From positions 1 through 30,393 of the forward strand of contig CAXBPH010000058.1 of assembly GCA_963977445.1 (NCBI GenBank): a DNA stretch of 30,393 bases, given 5' to 3'. Both the position numbers and the translations under genes were made by a program. Position 1 is the stretch's first letter. Each line of letters starts with the position of its first letter. The notes under the pieces are model-generated. The model ran no database searches, was not told the DNA's origin, and saw only the letters and a program-made list of their open reading frames with translations. Shown here in pieces: positions 10,958-18,084 of the stretch. The DNA comes from an uncultured bacterium (GTDB lineage Bacteria; Hydrogenedentota; Hydrogenedentia; Hydrogenedentales; JAEUWI01).

Positions 10958-12949
10958 ATGCAGAACACGACTGATGAAGACACGCTGGCGCGGTTATCCG
11001 CCGGCTTCGACATGGCCCTCGACAAGCTAGAGTCCGCCAAGCCCTTCGCGAAGTTTAACCATCTTGGGCGCTTTATGGATCAGGCCCGACGGCTGCTCGC
11101 CGTGCCCGGCGGTGCCGCGCACGCCTATGAACAGGCACCCCGTTTCAGCACGGCAGGCGTTTTCGCCGGCAGCGACTGGGAACGGCCCGAGGCGCTCAAG
11201 GCCAACTTGGTTCCGCTGACCTTTGATGGCGGCGATCTAACGCTCGTCACCTTGGAATGCCTGAGCGAACTTCGGCTGCTGGCGGTGGTGAACGGGCGCC
11301 ACTTTGAGACCCTCATGGCCGCGGAGCAGGCCGCACATTTTTTAACCAAGGTACTCGCGCTCAACCTGGATTTCGTATTCGGTGTCCCCGATGAGGCCGG
11401 GCGCGCCCGCGGTGCCATCCTGAACAATATTCTCCGACTCCAGATGCATTTCCTGGCCGACCACCTTGGCATTGACCGGGTACTCGAACAAGTGCTTGGC
11501 GAGATTTGGCGCAACTTGCGGCAGCGGCCCGTGCAGGTCGATTACATACGGCTGATGATCACGCGGGTAGACGAGTGCCTTGCGAATCCGGACATCCAAC
11601 TGTCGTCAACCGCTTGGGGCGCGGAAAGCCTCGTCGCGGCCCTGTATCGCCCCACGGAAGCCTCGCGAGAGGATCCAGGCGTCGATGTCTATCTGGAACG
11701 TTTGGAAGGGATGCCCGACAAGGGTGTTGAGGAGGAGGCTCGCGCGATGGCGCGGTGCATGCACGATACGGGGCTGGTTTCTCCCTACCATGCCGTGCTC
11801 GTACGCCATCTACTCACGCGTGACCCCGGCCTTTTGCCAGCGGCCCTGGGACTGAGCGCGACGGCACTTGATGCCTTTTCCTGCTACCGATCCCTGATAA
11901 CCACACTCCTGGACCGGTGCGTTTTCCCAGAAACCTGTCAGGCGGTGTTGGGTATGAGCGGACTCCTGGAACGAGGCATTCTCTATCAGCCGGGCGTGGC
12001 ACCTTCACTGTGGCGCCAGACCCAGGCGCTGCTGGACGAAGAAGTGAAAGGAAAACTGGCGGCTGTCTATGGAATGGCCCGTCCGCCACGGGTCTTCCTC
12101 ATGATGGGCATTATCAATGTACTCGGCTATCCTCTCGGCCTGGGACAAGGTAACAATCCGGTCTGCCAGAGCACCCGGGCAATCTCCATGTGGGCCTACA
12201 GCGATCCCGACTTCCTTCTGCAGCTTACGCGTTGGGCGGCCCGCGATAACGACATCAAAATGATGTTTGAGGGGCAGGCCATTCAGTCGAGTCTCCTGCC
12301 AACGGTCGCATCGTCGAGTAGCTACCATGATCTCGACCCCGTATCCTTGATTCTTGTGCCCCACTTGGACAAGATTTACATAGAGATGGGCCGACAGTGT
12401 ATCGGACGTGGCGACGATCCCCACCGGTGGGTGAATCCGGAATTCCACGGCTGGCGCGTGAACCGCGGTTTTGCGATTGCGGTGGATGTAATGACGGGCC
12501 TGCCGAAGGACCTCACTGAATTCATCGGAACCTTTTACACGCTGTACCACCCCTACTACAACCAGGATACGCCGGTGGTTCACCCCCAGCCAGCCGGTGT
12601 GGCCGTAACTGACAGCCAAGCACGCTATGTAGGCTGGCACGCCATTACAATTTTACGGGTCGCATTAGACCATGAGGATGTGATGCGGGTGTATTTTTTC
12701 AACCCCAACAACGATAGCGGCCAGGATTGGGGGAATGGTGTGACAGTCTCCACCCACGGATTTGGCGAGGAGTATGGAGAATCTTCACTGCCAGTGGCGC
12801 AATTTTCCTCGCGGCTCTACGTCTTCCATTACGACACTTTTGACTACGATCACTACACGCCGGATCTGCCCGCCGAGGAGATCCAGGAAGCGGTAGACAT
12901 GGCGACGGCAAGTTGGGTTACCGGGCTTGCCCCCCGGGCTGCTGAGTAA
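10958..12949 (+). CDS. Conserved hypothetical protein with a predicted C-terminal calpain/papain-like cysteine-peptidase or acyltransferase domain
   Basis: Long ORF (TTG 10943 or ATG 10958) with a helical N-terminal half. Motifs GQGNNPVCQS, GWHAITILRV and VYFFNPNN match clan CA active-site patterns. No signal peptide. Confidence 0.7.
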   Translation: MQNTTDEDTLARLSAGFDMALDKLESAKPFAKFNHLGRFMDQARRLLAVPGGAAHAYEQAPRFSTAGVFAGSDWERPEALKANLVPLTFDGGDLTLVTLECLSELRLLAVVNGRHFETLMAAEQAAHFLTKVLALNLDFVFGVPDEAGRARGAILNNILRLQMHFLADHLGIDRVLEQVLGEIWRNLRQRPVQVDYIRLMITRVDECLANPDIQLSSTAWGAESLVAALYRPTEASREDPGVDVYLERLEGMPDKGVEEEARAMARCMHDTGLVSPYHAVLVRHLLTRDPGLLPAALGLSATALDAFSCYRSLITTLLDRCVFPETCQAVLGMSGLLERGILYQPGVAPSLWRQTQALLDEEVKGKLAAVYGMARPPRVFLMMGIINVLGYPLGLGQGNNPVCQSTRAISMWAYSDPDFLLQLTRWAARDNDIKMMFEGQAIQSSLLPTVASSSSYHDLDPVSLILVPHLDKIYIEMGRQCIGRGDDPHRWVNPEFHGWRVNRGFAIAVDVMTGLPKDLTEFIGTFYTLYHPYYNQDTPVVHPQPAGVAVTDSQARYVGWHAITILRVALDHEDVMRVYFFNPNNDSGQDWGNGVTVSTHGFGEEYGESSLPVAQFSSRLYVFHYDTFDYDHYTPDLPAEEIQEAVDMATASWVTGLAPRAAE

Positions 12950-13024
12950 AAACAGCCCGGGGTTCGTGATGGAGTTCCGTGTTCCAGGCCACCGCCATTG
13001 TGTTCCACATGGCGGTGGCTTGGA
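12932..13024. terminator. Two GC-rich hairpins at the junction of convergent genes (possible bidirectional terminator or RNA stability element)
   Basis: CCCCGGGCTG/CAGCCCGGGG (12932-12941/12953-12962) and TCCAGGCCACCGCCAT/ATGGCGGTGGCTTGGA (12983-12998/13009-13024). No long U tract. Confidence 0.5.
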
Positions 13025-13080
13025 CATTCAGGATCCTCGCGCATCATCGCAGCTTACGCCCGGCATGCCAAATGGTATTG

Positions 13081-14307
13081 TCAGACGTAGAATTCGAGTT
13101 CTTCCTGATGCTTCAGCAGATCCCGCATCTTGCAGGGATCGTCACCGAAGAAGAAGATCAGGCCCCAGTGTGTGCCGAATGCCGTGCGCTTCGTCACCGT
13201 GTCTGTAAGTGGCGTGGGCAATTCGTGGAACTCGAAAAAGGGGTGCTCCAGCGTCTCTTCGGGGATCTCGAGGCGGTTCACCACCCGACGGCTTGGGTAG
13301 ACGCCGAAACAGCCGGCATGGCCTTTTGCGCCTTCCACCTCCTTCGGGAAAAACGCCTTAATCTCTTCTTCTGTCGTCTTCGGGTCGAAGACCAGCATCG
13401 ACGCCTGATAGGCGCTGAAGCCATAGGCCCGTTCTATCAGTTCAAACGCCTTAAAGCCAGGCGGACGGTAGGCGACCTCACCAAAGTACAGACTGCCATC
13501 GCTGGTCACGAAATACTCTGGATGAATCTGGCCGAATTTGATGTCGAAGGCTTTGATAAGCTTCTCTACCTCTTCGGTGATCCGTGGTCGCCATTTTTCG
13601 AGTTCCGGGGTCGCGGGGACGAACACGGAGTATCCCAAGGTTACATATTCCGATATATTGAGGAAACAGATCTTACCGTCGTGAATCCACGCTTCGACGG
13701 CAAACTCCCAGCCATCGAGGTGGCTTTCCATCAACACGGGAAATTCTTCGTCGGGAATCGCTTCCACATCTTCCGGTGTGCGAATAATCCGGTGGCCCAA
13801 ACACCCCGCCTTGTCAAATGCTTTCAGGTGAATGGGGTCGTCGGGATCACCCTGAAGCTTCAATAGCGTCTGGTTTACGCGACGAATAAAGCGGAAGACG
13901 TCTTCACGGTCGTGGGCCTCTTCGAAAACGCCTACGCGAATCCCACCGAGCTGGGCGCGCCGTTTCATCAGCGCTTTGTCACGAAAAAGGACCGCCTGGC
14001 CGTGGAGCCGTGGATTATCCAACAAGACGGCATTGATGGCGCCCGCCCACTCCACCGTTTCTTCGAAGAGGGGTATGGCGATATCGACGCCCTCCTCCTT
14101 CAGCCGCACCGCAATTTCCATAGAGCGGTCATTCAGCCGCTCGAAATCCCACGGTATAAATGGAATATTGTGTTCGTTGCAGTAATCGGTAGCCCACTCC
14201 GGCGCAACTACAATGTATTTTCGATCAAAATTGTCCGCCGCCTCAACAGCACCCGGGCTCCAGCCCAGCAATGCGATATAGCCCTTTTCGGGGTTCTTGT
14301 CAGCCAT
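13081..14307 (-). CDS. ATP-grasp carboxylate-amine ligase (L-amino acid ligase-like)
   Basis: RDKALMK, PIHLKAFDKAGCLG, LMESHLDGWEFAVE, HPEYF...YFGEVAYRPPG; RBS AAAGGTGA. Confidence 0.88.
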   Translation of the reverse strand: MADKNPEKGYIALLGWSPGAVEAADNFDRKYIVVAPEWATDYCNEHNIPFIPWDFERLNDRSMEIAVRLKEEGVDIAIPLFEETVEWAGAINAVLLDNPRLHGQAVLFRDKALMKRRAQLGGIRVGVFEEAHDREDVFRFIRRVNQTLLKLQGDPDDPIHLKAFDKAGCLGHRIIRTPEDVEAIPDEEFPVLMESHLDGWEFAVEAWIHDGKICFLNISEYVTLGYSVFVPATPELEKWRPRITEEVEKLIKAFDIKFGQIHPEYFVTSDGSLYFGEVAYRPPGFKAFELIERAYGFSAYQASMLVFDPKTTEEEIKAFFPKEVEGAKGHAGCFGVYPSRRVVNRLEIPEETLEHPFFEFHELPTPLTDTVTKRTAFGTHWGLIFFFGDDPCKMRDLLKHQEELEFYV

Positions 14308-14366
14308 TATAAATCACCTTTCTAAGAAGTCGACTTGTGACTTGTCTATCCATTCTCCGCCCGCAT

Positions 14367-14759
14367 CTAGTCGTCTTCCGGAAGGGCATAGGCTCCGTCT
14401 TTATCATGTATTTCGCGGCCCGTTACCGGGGGATTGAAGACGCAGACGAGCCGCAGTTCCGTGTGGGCCTTGAGAATATGCCGGTCGTGCTTGTCCAGGG
14501 CATACAGCGTTCCTGGGGCAATCTCGTGTTGTTCGTTGGTTTCCAGATCGGTAATGACACCACTACCTTTGTAACAGTAAACCGCTTCCAGGTGGTTCTT
14601 ATACCACATCTTTATTTCGAGACCTGGCGGGAACACGGTTTCGTGCATGGAAAATCCCATGTTTTCGCTTTTCAATAGGAACCGAAAGCTGGTCCAGCCA
14701 TCGGGACTTATCACCTCACGTTCCGTGCCTTGAATTTCGCTCATTCGTACAATCTTCAA
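14367..14759 (-). CDS. ectC: L-ectoine synthase (cupin), solitary
   Basis: IVR...GTEREV, WTSFRFLLK..MGFSMHET, WYKNHLEAVYC, YALDKHDRH, CVFNPPVTGREIHD..GAY. The real start is likely TTG 14759, 7 nt after AAGGA, giving 130 aa. Confidence 0.93.
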   Translation of the reverse strand: MKIVRMSEIQGTEREVISPDGWTSFRFLLKSENMGFSMHETVFPPGLEIKMWYKNHLEAVYCYKGSGVITDLETNEQHEIAPGTLYALDKHDRHILKAHTELRLVCVFNPPVTGREIHDKDGAYALPEDD

Positions 14760-14829
14760 AAGTAATTCCTTTCCTCGGTCTTGGCTTACTTCATGTTGAC
14801 TATGAGTACGCCAACTAATTTTTTCGTTT

Positions 14830-14838
14830 ATTATAGCA
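14830..14838 (-). promoter_or_regulatory. Consensus extended -10 promoter element for ectC-ATP-grasp
   Basis: Minus strand TGcTATAAT about 70 nt upstream of the ectC start; no good -35. Confidence 0.6.
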
Positions 14839-14955
14839 CGTTTGCCCTTCTGCCGCAGGACGCTATCCTGGAAAACTTCGATCCGCATCGGGTGCCCGCC
14901 TCTACCAATCTCCAAGTGGCCGTGATATTTGTACCGATTGCGTCAGACCATCGCG

Positions 14956-16536
14956 CTATTTAACAAGCGTGCTCAGTTGTTCCCCATCGTCGAAAGTGCC
15001 GACATAGAGCAGTCGTCCCGAACCAGGTAATACGCTGGTGCTGTATCCCCCAACGTCCAGAATTTCCTTCCCCGTTTTGAGGTCGTAGACGTGGTGCTCC
15101 GAATTTTCATCGGTACGTGTAAACCTTACCTCCATCGCCTCCGAGAAGGGCACGTATCCCACCAGATTGCCGCTGTCGTCGATCTGTATGGGATCGTCTT
15201 CCTGAAATAGGTATCGGCTCTCCCCGGGCCAGGTACCCACGTTGGAATTATGCAGCACCACAACCGTACCGTTAAGGCCGGGAAAGCGGAAGGCCCGGGC
15301 GTGTACCTGTGCATCGGCAGCTTCTATGGGGCACGTGGGCAATTTGGTCATCTGGGTGATGATGCCTTCGTAGGCACGGATCTCGCCGGCGGCCTCGCCG
15401 AATTCTTCCAGTTGGGGATTTTCCATGTCGGGTCGGCCGGCCAGGGTGACATACTGGATTTCTCCGGCACCGGAGCGAGAGGCTGCTTCGAGGGTAGGCT
15501 GGCTTTTGTCGGGGTCATAGGGTTCGTAGTGCCAGGTCAGAAAGTACTTCGCCCCCTCCAGGACACTGATCCAGGCCATGGCCTTCATGGTGTTTTTCGG
15601 GGCACGGTAGTATTTCCACACGTTGTAGAAATCCCCTTCTTCCGTGGAAAACTTTCGCCACCCCATGCGGCCCTCGTCGGCGAAGGACAGAATCTTTTTC
15701 TGCATGGCCACTTGCTCGTCTTCGACCAGGGGATAGGCCACTTCGCGCGGGGTCTTGGCCAGAGTATTCGCCCATTGGGGCATGAGCATGCCGCCCTGGG
15801 TAACCACCAGCATAAAGTCGGCACCCCGTCGGGCGGACTCTTCGTAATAGACTGCCGCTTGTTTTCGTGTCCAGTCGAGGGCGTAGGCAGGCGAGGCCAG
15901 ATAGCCCCCGCCCGAAAATTCCCACCAGAAGGCATAACGGTCGGTCCCCGAAAGGACAGGATAGGGTTCGGGTTGTTCGGTGGCCGCACCGATTGCATTG
16001 TGGAGGGTGAAAAGTTTTGCGCCCGGGGCCCCCGCCAGAATCTGGGTATAGAACTGTCCCAGCCGTGCCACGTCCTGCTGCGCCACCTCTTCCTTCACGC
16101 TCCACGCCAACACACCGGGATCGCTGATGTACGTGTTGATGAAAGCGGCCGCCCCCGTGGCCCGCAGGCTCATCGCTGCGTCGGTCTCGGTGGGGACAAA
16201 GTACACAAAGTCGAGTTGGGGCAATAGCTTTATGCCGTATTTCTTAAAAAGCTGGAGATGGGCACCAAACTCTTCGGGATAGGACACGGCAAGATGAACG
16301 ACGTTTACGCCGTGATTGCTTAGTATCTGAAGGTGTTTTTCCAAAAACTCGAAGTAGTCTTCCCCTTGATGTTCTGCCGTCGCTCTGAATTGATAGTCGT
16401 AGAGATAGACGCCTGTGTAAAAGGGCTGGTCATCGGAGGCATCGGATGGACTCGGCCACAGGCCAAAACCGAGCAAGACGACAAGAAGTAAACCGCGTTT
16501 CAAGATGCCTATCGGACTCTGGGAGCTATCGTTCAT
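14956..16536 (-). CDS. Secreted hypothetical protein, possibly a TIM-barrel glycoside hydrolase-like fold
   Basis: Signal peptide-like N-terminus; segments HGVNVVHL, GIKLLPQ, PGVLAWSVKEE, GTDRY and EGAKYFLTWHY resemble barrel strands of clan GH-A-like proteins. Function weakly supported. Confidence 0.6.
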   Translation of the reverse strand: MNDSSQSPIGILKRGLLLVVLLGFGLWPSPSDASDDQPFYTGVYLYDYQFRATAEHQGEDYFEFLEKHLQILSNHGVNVVHLAVSYPEEFGAHLQLFKKYGIKLLPQLDFVYFVPTETDAAMSLRATGAAAFINTYISDPGVLAWSVKEEVAQQDVARLGQFYTQILAGAPGAKLFTLHNAIGAATEQPEPYPVLSGTDRYAFWWEFSGGGYLASPAYALDWTRKQAAVYYEESARRGADFMLVVTQGGMLMPQWANTLAKTPREVAYPLVEDEQVAMQKKILSFADEGRMGWRKFSTEEGDFYNVWKYYRAPKNTMKAMAWISVLEGAKYFLTWHYEPYDPDKSQPTLEAASRSGAGEIQYVTLAGRPDMENPQLEEFGEAAGEIRAYEGIITQMTKLPTCPIEAADAQVHARAFRFPGLNGTVVVLHNSNVGTWPGESRYLFQEDDPIQIDDSGNLVGYVPFSEAMEVRFTRTDENSEHHVYDLKTGKEILDVGGYSTSVLPGSGRLLYVGTFDDGEQLSTLVK

Positions 16537-16838
16537 GAATAAGTCATTCTTTCTATCTGGTACGTATTGGCAAACGCGAAGAAATACGGTGCCATGTGTT
16601 GTCGAATACCGACACGGCCGCAGGACGCATCTCCCGGAATTTTCCGGGCCGAGGAAGGTTGCTGTAAAAACTCAGGGACAACCCCCTGAGAATCATTAAT
16701 TATCGTTTATCAGACAGGTCAAGTTCCTATTCGAAATGTGTTGACCCGTATCAAGATGGTTTGCCATACTATTTTAGACCATTTACAACGCTGGGGCACG
16801 ACAGACCGCTTCGGTGCCATATTGCTGGAGTGTATTGT

Positions 16839-18059
16839 ATGATAAAAGCGAAACTGCCTGACAATGAAGCGGAACGTCTCGAAGCGCTTCACCAGTACCA
16901 GGTATTGGATTCAGAATCCGAAGAACCATTCGATGACTTCACCGCCCTGGCGAGCCACATATGTGGCACCCCCATTTCTTTGGTCTCTCTGGTGGACGAA
17001 AGCCGTCAATGGTTCAAGAGCAAAGTCGGAATCGATACGCCCGAGTTGCCACGTGATATTGCCTTTTGTGCACATACCATACTGGGCAATGAAATCATGG
17101 AAGTACATGACGCGGTCTCTGATGAACGTTTTCGCGAGAATCCACTTGTCACCACGGCCCCCAACATTCGGTTTTATGCGGGTGCCCCACTTATAACACC
17201 AGACGGCTTCAAGCTGGGTTCGCTGTGTGTCATCGATCGAGAACCCCGTAAACTTACGGCAGAACAGCACGATGCCCTTGCCCGTCTGGGACGACAGGTC
17301 GTTCACCAACTGGAACTTCGTCGCCAGAAATACGAATTGCGCGCCGCCTATTCGCAGCTACAGCAACTGGAAGCAACCCGAGATAGCCTTGTGCAAATGA
17401 TTGTCCATGACCTCCGTTCACTGGTTGGGAGTGTCATGGGGTTTCTAGAATTGGCAAGTATGAACGACCTTCCCCAAGAGGTTGCGACGGACATAGCCAG
17501 CGCCATGGGCTGCACGACCAAATTGGTGGAGATGATCAGCACGGTCCTCGATGTTGGTCGGCTTGAGAGCGGTGAATTACCCGTACAGCGCTCCGAAGTG
17601 AACGTCTACGACTTGGTCCAAAACGTGGCCAAGAGATTCGAGCCGCTCCGAAAATCCCGACAAGTCACGATTACCTGGCAAGAGGGATGCCCGCAAATGG
17701 TGGCATGTGACCCCCAAATCCTATCGCGGGTAGTGCAAAATCTACTGGGCAATGCTTTTAAATATACACATCCTGACCGGGGCGAAATTTATATTGAAGG
17801 CGTGTCCACCGAAAACGGACTCCGCGTTGCGGTGGCTGATAATGGACCGGGCATACCAGGGGAACACCAGGAAAAGGTGTTTGAGAAATTTTTCCAGGTA
17901 GAGTGCAACTACTCAACGGGGCATTCGACAGGGCTCGGGCTCACCTTCTGCAAACTCGCCGTTGAAGCCCACGGCGGAAAAATTGGGGTTGAAAGCCGGG
18001 AAAACGGCGGCTCAAAATTCTATTTTACCCTTCCGCTGAATACCACCCCGCCGAATTAA
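16839..18059 (+). CDS. Cytoplasmic GAF-domain sensor histidine kinase
   Basis: GAF (NEAERLEAL..Y.VLD, AFCAHTI, IRFYAGAPL, GSLCVID), H-box VHDLRS, N-box NLLGNAFKY, DNGPGI, GLGLTFC. ATG 16839 follows GGAG. Confidence 0.92.
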   Translation: MIKAKLPDNEAERLEALHQYQVLDSESEEPFDDFTALASHICGTPISLVSLVDESRQWFKSKVGIDTPELPRDIAFCAHTILGNEIMEVHDAVSDERFRENPLVTTAPNIRFYAGAPLITPDGFKLGSLCVIDREPRKLTAEQHDALARLGRQVVHQLELRRQKYELRAAYSQLQQLEATRDSLVQMIVHDLRSLVGSVMGFLELASMNDLPQEVATDIASAMGCTTKLVEMISTVLDVGRLESGELPVQRSEVNVYDLVQNVAKRFEPLRKSRQVTITWQEGCPQMVACDPQILSRVVQNLLGNAFKYTHPDRGEIYIEGVSTENGLRVAVADNGPGIPGEHQEKVFEKFFQVECNYSTGHSTGLGLTFCKLAVEAHGGKIGVESRENGGSKFYFTLPLNTTPPN

Positions 18060-18084
18060 TTTTTCCGGCAACCTCCCCCACTCC

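Noticed and set aside
12965..12980. GTGATGGAGTTC resembles the 5' core of a fluoride riboswitch
   Set aside because: The flanking stem and 3' pseudoknot half are missing, and it lies between convergent gene ends, not in a leader.
12979..13866. 295-aa plus-strand ORF
   Set aside because: Antisense shadow of the ATP-grasp gene with no motifs. The same applies to 4528-5277, 8533-9294, 12005-12640, 15250-16227, 20857-21756, 22365-23084, 23133-23801 and 25406-26227.
14760..14915. 52-aa N-terminal extension on EctC in the ORF track
   Set aside because: It spans the predicted promoter. A TTG with a good RBS at 14759 gives the family-typical length and N-terminus.
16716..16746. GGTCAA-N18-TTGACC inverted repeat between the divergent secreted-protein and kinase genes
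   Set aside because: A 6-bp arm match can arise by chance, and no cognate regulator or second copy supports it as an operator.
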